This document shows, one piece after another, positions 49,063 to 57,427 of a stretch of 64,000 nt of DNA. Each line of letters begins with the position of its first letter. Position 1 is the stretch's first letter. Under the pieces are notes generated by a model that was given only the letters and a program-made list of their open reading frames with translations, did no database searches and was not told the DNA's origin. Both the position numbers and the translations under genes were made by a program. This DNA is from an uncultured Bacteroidales bacterium (GTDB lineage: Bacteria > Bacteroidota > Bacteroidia > Bacteroidales > VadinHA17), in contig CAWBYC010000005.1 in the NCBI GenBank assembly GCA_963792925.1, forward strand, positions 306,946-370,945, in the 5' to 3' direction.

Positions 49063-50147
49063 GCTTTCTTTTTGAAATATGCCACAATAGGATAGTGGTC
49101 GGAATATTTCATTTTGATGATCTCAAAGTAGATATTTTTGTATTTATTATCATATAGAATATAATCAATCCTGTTGGGAGGATAGTTTCCTTTATACGTA
49201 AAGCCCGCTCCGTATCCGGAATTTATAAATGAATCATTGAGCCCTTTTCTTATTTTCCTGTATGTATATGAAACCGGAGTATCGTTGAAATCTCCGACTA
49301 CCATAACTTTATAAGGAGATTTGTTTATATAGTCTTTTACGATTTGTGCCTGGATTGCTCTTTTCTGAAACCCTTTTTTGAGGCTGACTGACAGGCTTTT
49401 AACCTCGTTGATAGTTTTCTTGTCTCTTGAAGCTGTCATCTCTTCAATAAATGAGCGTTCCATTCTTCTTAGACGGAATGATTCCAGATGATTATTATAT
49501 ATTCTGACTGTATCACTATTTATAACAATATCAGTATAGATGGTAAGACTTGAGGAGGCGGGATGAACTATTTCGCCCCTCCTTATTATAGGATATTTAC
49601 TGAAGGTAACAATGCCATAATATCTGTTCTTCCCCGATTTGGTGACTTTCATATGTGAATAATATTTGCCACCGAGATATCCTATCATCAATGATTCTTC
49701 AACAGCCGGCTTTCCTACCAGAAAAAACTCCTGGAGACAGATGATATCAGGACTCTGGGATTTAAGGAATGAAAATATCCTCTTTTCAGAAGTGATCCCA
49801 TGATTATTCTCAAAAAAATTAAACAGACGGACATTGTAACTCAGTAATTTATAGGTATTCGTTTTATTCCCCGAAGGTTTGGATAGTCTGATATAATTCG
49901 ACAAATGAGTAAAGCCAATTGCAATTATTGCAACCGAGATCAAAGCCTCAAATCTTAACAGCATTGCCCAGATTATTACCAGGATAATGTTGATAAGAAG
50001 CAGATATGGGTAAGCCAGACCGAAGAATGCCGGGAGGGTAAAGTCTACAGGACTAACTACAACGGCAAGATAGGATAACAGAAGAGATATAGCGAAAATT
50101 CCATTAACGGCTAAAAGAATTCTATATAGGATCTTTCTCAATGACAA
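49059..50147 (-). CDS. Membrane-anchored endonuclease/exonuclease/phosphatase (EEP) family protein
   Basis: Three N-terminal TM helices followed by an EEP domain (LLSYNV..., ICLQE, GDFNDTP, SDHYPI). Confidence 0.8.
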   Translation of the reverse strand: MSLRKILYRILLAVNGIFAISLLLSYLAVVVSPVDFTLPAFFGLAYPYLLLINIILVIIWAMLLRFEALISVAIIAIGFTHLSNYIRLSKPSGNKTNTYKLLSYNVRLFNFFENNHGITSEKRIFSFLKSQSPDIICLQEFFLVGKPAVEESLMIGYLGGKYYSHMKVTKSGKNRYYGIVTFSKYPIIRRGEIVHPASSSLTIYTDIVINSDTVRIYNNHLESFRLRRMERSFIEEMTASRDKKTINEVKSLSVSLKKGFQKRAIQAQIVKDYINKSPYKVMVVGDFNDTPVSYTYRKIRKGLNDSFINSGYGAGFTYKGNYPPNRIDYILYDNKYKNIYFEIIKMKYSDHYPIVAYFKKKA

Positions 50148-50218
50148 GAGTTTGTAATAACAAAATTACCTTTTTTGATTATACCTGATAATTTTTATTC
50201 AGGCCGCTTAATTTGAAT

Positions 50219-51109
50219 TCAATTTTTTTTCTGGCTTTCTCTGAAAAGAGTTTCCTTTTCTTCTTTAGTCAGACTGTCATATCCTCCTTTGGATATCTTG
50301 TCCAATATGCTGTTTATGTTTTTCTGATGCTCTGCTTTAATTTTATTATACTCATACTCATTTGCTACCTTCTTATGGGTAACCTTCAGTTTTTTTCTGG
50401 GCTTAAACATAGTCACAAGGAAATCTAAAATTTTGTTTAAACCCTTACCGATGTCGTGTCCATGTCGCAGATTCATAATATAAACATAACCAAAAATTGC
50501 TCCGCCGATATGTGCCAGTTTTCCGCCTGAATTTGTGGAAAAGTTCATTACTGATGTGAGGACAAATATGGCCAGAGCCATATACTTTATTTTTATTCTT
50601 CCGAACAGAAACAACTGGATAGTGTAGTCAGGAACGTATGCTGCAATCGCTATTACGATGGCCATCACTGAGGCTGAGGCTCCTATTGCCACCGATTCTG
50701 CCACTACATCGGTATATACAGGAAAAATATTAAAAGAAAGAATATATACCAGGGCTCCGCAAATTCCCCCCAGAAGGTAGACTGCAATCAGTTTTCTTTG
50801 ATCAAGATATTCAAGGAAAATCCTGCCGAACCAGTAAAGCCATAGCATATTGAATAATATATGCCAGACATCCTTGTGAGTGAACATATATGTGATTAAT
50901 GTCCAGGGCCTGGCCAATAATGCTTTCAGCGAAGCAGGAACCGATAAGATATCGATTGCTTTTTCGGTTATTATGCTGTTCTTCAGCAGAAATCCGATAA
51001 TAGTAGTTATGGTAATTAGAATAAAAACTGCTATATTGATATATATCAGCCGGGTAAGATTATTTCCGTTTTTGAAAGTTAATTTTACGTCGTCCCAGAT
51101 TCCCATCAA
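50219..51109 (-). CDS. Rhomboid-family intramembrane serine protease
   Basis: HILFNMLWLYWFG and GASASVMA (GxSx catalytic Ser context), with a later AHIGGAIFG (His). Confidence 0.82.
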   Translation of the reverse strand: MMGIWDDVKLTFKNGNNLTRLIYINIAVFILITITTIIGFLLKNSIITEKAIDILSVPASLKALLARPWTLITYMFTHKDVWHILFNMLWLYWFGRIFLEYLDQRKLIAVYLLGGICGALVYILSFNIFPVYTDVVAESVAIGASASVMAIVIAIAAYVPDYTIQLFLFGRIKIKYMALAIFVLTSVMNFSTNSGGKLAHIGGAIFGYVYIMNLRHGHDIGKGLNKILDFLVTMFKPRKKLKVTHKKVANEYEYNKIKAEHQKNINSILDKISKGGYDSLTKEEKETLFRESQKKN

Positions 51110-51849
51110 TACAAAGTATTTGTTGTTTTTCTCCAGTATTTAATCAGAATATATCCGAACAGCATACCACCCAGATGAGCGGCATGGGCTATATTGCTTC
51201 CAGGCTGTGTTACTGCAAGAATCAATTCAAGAGCGCCATAGCCAATAACAAGGTATTTTGCCCTGATGGGCATAGGTGGGAAAAGCAGGAAGAGCTGGGT
51301 ATTCGGGAAAAGAACGCCAAATGCCAGCAAAACGCCGAAAATTGCACCCGATGCTCCGACTGTAGGAGTGTTCAGCAATAACTGAAGACTTTGCATGCTT
51401 GTCTCTGTAAAGACCTTTCCCTGTCTGAAGTATGCCGTCCCCTCTGAAAGTACTGCCTGCAGATTGTCGGGGCTCATACTGTTTACAAGGTGATTATATT
51501 GAAAGAAGATAACAGTTTCATGAGTAAATGCTGCCCCTAATCCACAAACAAGGTAAAATGTAAGAAACCTTTTGGGACCCCATACATTTTCGAGGATCGG
51601 ACCAAATATAAATAATGCGTACATATTGAAGAAGATATGCATGAACCCGCCATGCATAAACATATGAGTGATGATCTGTACGGGTTTAAACTGTTCCGAT
51701 TTCGGGAAATATAATCCAAGTATAGAATTCAGATCAACTCCAAAGACGCTCCTGGCAGCATAGTAAGCCAGAATCATCAATATGTTCAGCATAATAATAT
51801 TCTTCACTACCGGGGGTAATCCCAGAAAGCCTCTGCCGTATCCGTTCAT
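51106..51849 (-). CDS. Rhomboid-family intramembrane serine protease
   Basis: HIFFNMYALFIFG, GASGAIFGVL and AHLGGMLFG. Overlaps the downstream rhomboid by 4 nt. Confidence 0.85.
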   Translation of the reverse strand: MNGYGRGFLGLPPVVKNIIMLNILMILAYYAARSVFGVDLNSILGLYFPKSEQFKPVQIITHMFMHGGFMHIFFNMYALFIFGPILENVWGPKRFLTFYLVCGLGAAFTHETVIFFQYNHLVNSMSPDNLQAVLSEGTAYFRQGKVFTETSMQSLQLLLNTPTVGASGAIFGVLLAFGVLFPNTQLFLLFPPMPIRAKYLVIGYGALELILAVTQPGSNIAHAAHLGGMLFGYILIKYWRKTTNTLY

Positions 51850-51953
51850 TTTTCTATTTTTATTTTTTCTGTTTCCGCAATTGTCGGGCCAAAAATTGTA
51901 ATTAAACTCAATCAGTCAATTTGTCATTTTTACGTTACATTTCTTCCTTTTTT

Positions 51954-52017
51954 ACCCCCAAACCCCTAAAGTGGCCTTGTTTCTTGAACCCCCTTTAGGG
52001 GGCAGGGGGTTTAAACC
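51954..52017. repeat. GC-rich 'word' repeat overlapping the mutL stop codon
   Basis: The sequence is ACCCCCAAACCCCTAAAGTGGCC...TTCTTGAACCCCCTTTAGGGGGCAGGGGGTTTAAACC. Two modules recur: ACCCCCAAACCCC at 47566-47578 and TTCTTGAACCCCCTTT at 47502-47517. Confidence 0.7.
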
Positions 52018-53818
52018 TTTTATCAATATCCTCCAGGCTTATAATGCTTATAACCGGCTTTCCTTTTGGTGAATAATTTGGCGACTGACATGAAAAAAGT
52101 GTGTCAAACAGATCTTCCATTTCGCCCTGGCTCATCACTTTCCCGTATTGAATAGCTGAGGCACAAGCCATTCCTGCGGCTATTTTCTCTTTTGCCCCTA
52201 CTGAGGGTTCTGTTTGAGTATTTTTGTAATCCTCGAGTAGTATCTCCAGCATCTCCAGAGGATCGGATGACCCACTGTCAGCAGGTCGCCCTCTGATTAT
52301 AATTTTATTGTTACCCGAATGTTCGAAATTGAATCCAAGTAAAACAAGCTCCTTTTCAATTTCCTTCAGAATGAAATAATCGGAAGGATTAAGCTCAGCG
52401 GTAACCGGAAACATATCAACCTGACTGATAGCTCTGTTGTTGCTCAGACATTCAAGGAATCTTTCATAGAGAACACGTTCATGGGCTCTTTTCTGGTCGA
52501 TAAGCATAAGTCCTGATTTAACCGGACAAACGAAATATTTATTTTTTATCTGAAAGAATTTTCTTTGTGATTCCTGTATTTTTTCATATTTATCCGGATC
52601 CTGTTCTTCTTTTTCCAGGGTCGAGTAGAGTTTCTCCCAGTTTGCACTATTTTCTCTTTCAAATCTTTCAACGAACCCCGATCTTTCATTGTTCCTTTCT
52701 TCCCCTTCGAACGGATTGTACCGGGGATTTATTTCGATAACAGGCTGATCAGGCATTGAACCTGAAGATTTCATCATAACCGGAATATCAATAAGAGCTT
52801 CATTTTCAAAATCGAGTGACGGGACTATGTTGAACCTGCCGAGAGCTTCACGTACAGAAGCCATGAGTATCTGCCATATTGATCTTTCGTCCTCAAACTT
52901 TATTTCAGTTTTTGTAGGATGAATATTTATATCAATCGACGCCGGATCGGCTTCCATGAAAACAAAATAGGAGGGTATCGCTTCAACCGGCAAAATATTC
53001 TGATAGGCTTCCACAACTGCTTTATGAAAATAAGGATGTTTCATAAAACGGTTATTGACAAAGAAGAACTGTTCGCCATACGTGCGCCTGGCATTTTCCG
53101 GTTTACCAATGAATCCTTTAATTTTTATCAGACTGGTATCTGTCTCAAGTGTGATAAGATCCTGATTTATCTGCTTCCCGAAAACACCTATGATCCGTTG
53201 TCTTAAATTTCCGGAAGCCAGGTTATAGATCTCATTATCATTGTGATGAAGAGAGAATCTTATATCGGGATGAGCGAGAACGATCTTCTGAAACTCATTG
53301 ACTATATGTCTGATTTCTGTATTGTCGGATTTCAGGAATTTTCTGCGCGCCGGGATATTGTAAAAAAGATTTTTTACAGAAAAGCTTGAGCCGACAGGAC
53401 AACTGCATGGTTCCTGTGTTTCGACCTTTGAGCCATTGATAACTACCAGAACACCGGTATCGCTTTCTGCTCTTCTTGTTTTTAGCTCAACCATTGCCAC
53501 AGCTGCTATCGAGGCAAGCGCTTCTCCCCTGAATCCTTTGGTTGTAATGGCGAATAAATCCTGAGCTGAAGTTATTTTTGATGTTGCATGTCTCTCAAAT
53601 GACAACCTGGCATCGGTTTCAGACATTCCTGTGCCGTCATCAATTATCTGAATAAGAGTTTTACCTGAGTCTTTTATGATTACCCTGATATTTTTTCCTC
53701 CCGCATCGACTGAATTTTCAACCAGTTCTTTCAGAACGGAAGCAGGCCTCTGTATTACTTCCCCTGCAGCAATCTGGTTAGCTACGGAATCGGGCAAAAG
53801 TTTTATTACATCAGGCAT
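51995..53818 (-). CDS. mutL: DNA mismatch repair protein MutL
   Basis: The GHKL ATPase N-terminus reads IAAGEVIQRPASVLKELVENSVDAG...DDGTGM...GFRGEALASI. The C-terminal dimerisation domain reads QSPNYSPKGKP. The last residues (KPPAP*) are encoded by the repeat. Confidence 0.93.
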   Translation of the reverse strand: MPDVIKLLPDSVANQIAAGEVIQRPASVLKELVENSVDAGGKNIRVIIKDSGKTLIQIIDDGTGMSETDARLSFERHATSKITSAQDLFAITTKGFRGEALASIAAVAMVELKTRRAESDTGVLVVINGSKVETQEPCSCPVGSSFSVKNLFYNIPARRKFLKSDNTEIRHIVNEFQKIVLAHPDIRFSLHHNDNEIYNLASGNLRQRIIGVFGKQINQDLITLETDTSLIKIKGFIGKPENARRTYGEQFFFVNNRFMKHPYFHKAVVEAYQNILPVEAIPSYFVFMEADPASIDINIHPTKTEIKFEDERSIWQILMASVREALGRFNIVPSLDFENEALIDIPVMMKSSGSMPDQPVIEINPRYNPFEGEERNNERSGFVERFERENSANWEKLYSTLEKEEQDPDKYEKIQESQRKFFQIKNKYFVCPVKSGLMLIDQKRAHERVLYERFLECLSNNRAISQVDMFPVTAELNPSDYFILKEIEKELVLLGFNFEHSGNNKIIIRGRPADSGSSDPLEMLEILLEDYKNTQTEPSVGAKEKIAAGMACASAIQYGKVMSQGEMEDLFDTLFSCQSPNYSPKGKPVISIISLEDIDKRFKPPAP

Positions 53819-53933
53819 TAATCAAGATATTATACAATGTAGAGCTAACATTTCAATGGGATAACAGTTCATAATGAGAGGCCGATCACCCATTTTTAAA
53901 ACACTTACAAATATATATATAATAGATTAAAAA

Positions 53934-54215
53934 GTGACCAGAGTGACTAGAGTGCATGGAGTGCCTGATTTTTACCCCTAAATCCCCCAGGGGGGACTTT
54001 GGCTTTTCAGTAGACTTCATATTTTGTTTTATCCTTGAGTTTTTGCCTCAGATTTGAGAGTGAAAGCCAGAGCTTACCAAAATGCTTAAAGTCCCCCCTG
54101 GGGGATTTAGGGGTGAAGCCACGGAGGTGCCCTTTGCTTTGCGCCCTGTGCTATTAGCTCCTTTGTGTTCCTTTGCGCAACACTTCGTGCCCTTTGTGGT
54201 TAATGTATTTGTTTA
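53934..54215. repeat. Composite repeat region: 9-nt-periodic GTGACCAGA motif, a 140-bp palindrome, and CACAAAGG-type words
   Basis: GTGACCAGAGTGACTAGAGTGCATGGAGTGCC at 53934-53965 recurs as its reverse complement at 60786-60805. The arms CCCCTAAATCCCCCAGGGGGGACTTTGG (53975-54002) and AAAGTCCCCCCTGGGGGATTTAGGGG (54088-54114) form a palindrome. 54120-54215 contains GCCCTTTG-type repeats. Confidence 0.8.
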
Positions 54216-54221
54216 TGCCCA

Positions 54222-55340
54222 TTATGCTGTTTTCTTGTATCTTCTGACTGCAAGCGAAGTAAAACAAACCGCTATCAGTCCAAGGGACGATAATTCACGT
54301 CCGATATCAGTAATTGAAGATCCCTTTAACATTACCATCCTGTTAATTCTCATCAGATATGCTACAGGATTAATGAGATTGAAATCCTGGGCCCACATTG
54401 GCATGCTTTCGTAAGGAGTGAAGATGCCGCTCATAAGGATAAATATGATCATGCAAAAAAATGCGACGAACATAAACTGTTGCTGTGTAGCTGAAAATGT
54501 TGAAATGAATAATGCCAGACCAAGTACGGCGATCAGAAAGATTGTGCTTCCGGCGAACATTAGTAAAACACTTCCTTCAAAAGGAATGTTGAAGGCGATT
54601 TTTCCCAGGATCAATCCCAGGGCAAGATCTGTCAATCCTATCAAAAGGAACGGAGTCATTTTTGCAATTATGAAATGGTATTTTCTGACAGGAGTAACGT
54701 TTATCTGTTCGATGGTACCAACCTCCTTCTCTCTCACCATGTTAAGTCCTGCGAGCAGGAATCCGATGGCAGTAACAAGAATGACAAGAATACCCGGAAG
54801 CATATAAAATTTATAATTTAATAATTCATTGTACCAATACCTGTTGGTAATGTTAATCATCGGTAACGGGGTAACCGGCATCGTTGTAATATTATTTTTT
54901 ACAAGATCCAGATTGTAATCGCGCAAAACGCCGCTAAGGTAAGCCCAGGTGAGCTGAGCCGATGAAGCATTAACAGCATCAATTATTGCCATTATTTTTC
55001 CCTGATTCCCGGTTACGATGTCTTTGCCAAATCCTGATGGGATCTGTAGGATCATGCTGCATTTACCAGAGTAAAGCAGATTTTTGGCCTCCTCTTCTGA
55101 GAATGTTGAGTATCTGACTTTAAAAAATGTAGAGCCATTAAGCTTGTTTATCAGGCCTCTTGATTCAGATGTCTGATCTTTATCGATGATGGCAAGCCTG
55201 ACATCTTTCAGTTCCAGTGTTACTGCAGGTACCAATATGAGCATCTGCAATATGGGAACGGCAAAAATTGCTTTGGATATAAATTTATTCCGGAATATCT
55301 GGATAAATTCTTTTCTTATCAGGTAAAAAATTGTTCGCAT
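54222..55340 (-). CDS. ABC-2-type transporter permease (YbhR/YbhS-like)
   Basis: MRTIFYLIRKEFIQIFRNKF start, a large extracytoplasmic loop and a C-terminal 5-TM ABC-2 domain. The longer ORF start (55424, MLRFARND...) is a read-through of repeat sequence. Confidence 0.85.
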   Translation of the reverse strand: MRTIFYLIRKEFIQIFRNKFISKAIFAVPILQMLILVPAVTLELKDVRLAIIDKDQTSESRGLINKLNGSTFFKVRYSTFSEEEAKNLLYSGKCSMILQIPSGFGKDIVTGNQGKIMAIIDAVNASSAQLTWAYLSGVLRDYNLDLVKNNITTMPVTPLPMINITNRYWYNELLNYKFYMLPGILVILVTAIGFLLAGLNMVREKEVGTIEQINVTPVRKYHFIIAKMTPFLLIGLTDLALGLILGKIAFNIPFEGSVLLMFAGSTIFLIAVLGLALFISTFSATQQQFMFVAFFCMIIFILMSGIFTPYESMPMWAQDFNLINPVAYLMRINRMVMLKGSSITDIGRELSSLGLIAVCFTSLAVRRYKKTA

Positions 55341-55346
55341 TTTTTT

Positions 55347-55425
55347 GCGTTTATTGTTTATCGTTTGTCGTGTTTCGTTTCTTCGTCCAGTTACATGTAG
55401 GTCATTGCGAGCGAAGCGAAGCAAT
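55347..55425. repeat. Intercistronic repeat: CGTTTATCG-type tandem plus GTCATTGCGAGCGAAGCGAAGCAAT
   Basis: GCGTTTATTGTTTATCGTTTGTCGTGTTTCGTTTCTTCG (55347-55386) abuts the permease start codon. GTCATTGCGAGCGAAGCGAAGCAAT (55401-55425) resembles module M3 (GTCATCCCGAGCGAATCCACC). Confidence 0.75.
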
Positions 55426-55453
55426 ATCCATGCTTACTGTATCAATCTCCATA

Positions 55454-56563
55454 TTATTCCAACCTTATTTTAAAATTTCTTACACTCAATCCTACAAAAG
55501 CCGTTGTCATCAAAATCAGCACCAGTGTTTCCTTCCAGACATATAGTATTCCGGTTCCTTTAATCATTATGTTTTTGATGATTATTATGAAATATCTTGG
55601 AGGAAGAACTGAACTTATATAATCATAGATTTTTGGCATGTTTTCAATCGGATAAATAAATCCTGAGAGCAAAACTGTGGGCAGCATGATTCCTATTAAT
55701 GAGATAAATATCGCCTGCTGCATTGTTTTGGAGACTGTCGAGATAAGGATTCCAAGGGTCAGGCTCATTAATATATAAAGCATGCACTCGGCGAGCAGAA
55801 GTATGATGCTCCCCTTAACGGGCAGACCGAATACCAGCCACGATAGCAGAAGGATCAGGAGCACATTTACAAACGACAGGATGAAATAGGGTATAACCTT
55901 GCCCAGAATGATCTGTACAGGTTTCAAAGGAGAAACAAGCAATACCTCCATAGTCCCGAATTCTTTTTCCCTGGTAATGGTAACGGAAGTCATGAGTGCT
56001 GAGATCAGAATAAGAATGAGTGTCACCACACCAGGTACGAACATGACATTACTTTTGAGACTTGGGTTATAAAACATTTTTACTTCCGGGACAATACGTA
56101 TTGTGTTATTTGTTACCGGTCTCGAAAATTCAGTTGAAAAATCATTTACTATTGCTGAAGTGTAACTGGTTATAAGTGTAGCGGTGTTCGGCTCCGACCC
56201 GTCGGCAATTATGGTCAGAGATGCTTTTCCTTCATTCTGAAGTTTCTTTCCAAAGTCATTTTCAAAGACTATTACAGCTTTTGTTTTGCCTTTTTTAAGG
56301 ACTTTATCAATGTCGCCAAAAGAAGCAAGGGTCCCGGTTTTTTTGAAGAAACCCGAAGAAATGATCTTATCTGTAAGTTTCATAGTTACCTCGTCGTGAG
56401 ACAGATCGAGAAATGCTATCCCGGCATTCTTAATATCGTTACTGACAGCATATCCAAAGATCAGGATCTGTGCGGCGGGAATGCCAAATAGTATTATGAG
56501 TGTCCTGTAATCCCTGAAAATGTGCAGAAATTCTTTTTTTACAAAGCCGAAAAATCTTTTCAT
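55454..56563 (-). CDS. ABC-2-type transporter permease (YbhS/YbhR-like)
   Basis: 369 aa with the same architecture as the downstream paralogue. Confidence 0.85.
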   Translation of the reverse strand: MKRFFGFVKKEFLHIFRDYRTLIILFGIPAAQILIFGYAVSNDIKNAGIAFLDLSHDEVTMKLTDKIISSGFFKKTGTLASFGDIDKVLKKGKTKAVIVFENDFGKKLQNEGKASLTIIADGSEPNTATLITSYTSAIVNDFSTEFSRPVTNNTIRIVPEVKMFYNPSLKSNVMFVPGVVTLILILISALMTSVTITREKEFGTMEVLLVSPLKPVQIILGKVIPYFILSFVNVLLILLLSWLVFGLPVKGSIILLLAECMLYILMSLTLGILISTVSKTMQQAIFISLIGIMLPTVLLSGFIYPIENMPKIYDYISSVLPPRYFIIIIKNIMIKGTGILYVWKETLVLILMTTAFVGLSVRNFKIRLE

Positions 56564-56583
56564 GTATTCTGTTTTATAACCTG

Positions 56584-57327
56584 TTAAGTGTGCGCTTCCA
56601 TTTTTGGCCTTGCAATCTTTATGAATACCTCCTCGACAGAAATGGCACTATATTGTTTCTTAAGATTGTCAGGAGTATCAAGAGCAACTATTTTTCCCTC
56701 ATTCATTATTGAAATTCTGTCGCAATACTCAGCTTCATCCATGTAATGAGTGGTTACAAAAACGGTTATTCCTCTCGAAGCAGTCTCATAAATTGATTCC
56801 CAGAATTGCCTTCTTGTTATTGGATCGACTCCCCCTGTGGGTTCATCGAGAAAGACTATTCTGGGTTCATGCAGAACCGCAACTGAGAAAGCCAGTTTCT
56901 GCCGTAAGCCGAGGGGGAGATCAGAAATCATTCTGTTTTCATATTCCTGAAAATCAAGTTTTTCCAGTAGTTCAGTAAGTCTTTGTCGTATCAGCTGTCT
57001 TGACATCCCGTATATGCCTCCGTAGAGGATAATATTTTCTTTCACAGTCAGATCTTCATAGAGTGAAAATTTCTGACACATGTAACCGATATTCTTTTTG
57101 ATCTTCTCTGATTCTTTGTACGCGTCGAAACCTGCAACATTTACTTCCCCCGATGTTGGTTTTGATAGACCCGAAAGAATTCGGATGGCAGTAGTTTTTC
57201 CAGCTCCGTTAGCTCCCAGAAACCCGAAAATCTCACCGGCATAAACATCAAAATTAAGATTGTCGTTTGCTACAAAATCGCCAAACTTCTTTATCAGATT
57301 CTTAACGTGTATTACTTTTTCGGTCAT
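56584..57327 (-). CDS. ABC transporter ATP-binding protein
   Basis: Walker A GANGAGKTT, signature-like LPLGLRQK, Walker B VFLDEPT. Confidence 0.9.
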   Translation of the reverse strand: MTEKVIHVKNLIKKFGDFVANDNLNFDVYAGEIFGFLGANGAGKTTAIRILSGLSKPTSGEVNVAGFDAYKESEKIKKNIGYMCQKFSLYEDLTVKENIILYGGIYGMSRQLIRQRLTELLEKLDFQEYENRMISDLPLGLRQKLAFSVAVLHEPRIVFLDEPTGGVDPITRRQFWESIYETASRGITVFVTTHYMDEAEYCDRISIMNEGKIVALDTPDNLKKQYSAISVEEVFIKIARPKMEAHT

Positions 57328-57330
57328 GTA

Positions 57331-57420
57331 CGTTTGTCGTTTATTGTTTGTCGTTTATCGTTTGTCGTTTGTTTATTGTCTTCAGACACATCGCCTATCG
57401 CCTATAATACATAATACATC
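57331..57420. repeat. Intercistronic repeat: (CGTTTGTCG/TTTATCG)n tandem plus ACATCGCCTATCGCCTATAATACATAATACAT
   Basis: CGTTTGTCGTTTATTGTTTGTCGTTTATCGTTTGTCGTTTGTTTATTGTC (57331-57380) begins 3 nt from the ATPase start codon. The second motif is at 57387-57420. Confidence 0.8.
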
Positions 57421-57427
57421 CTTTGTC

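Noticed and set aside
54082-54414. 110-aa plus-strand ORF starting MLKVPPGGFRG
   Set aside because: Its N-terminus is a translation of the palindrome arm, and the remainder is antisense to the ABC-2 permease C-terminus.
57387-57420. Mini-ORFs starting ATGTATTAT on the minus strand (MYYVL*, and a 32-codon ORF at 38.5 kb) as leader peptides
   Set aside because: The third copy of the motif (3251-3280) is in the opposite orientation relative to transcription. The peptides are not conserved beyond the motif itself.
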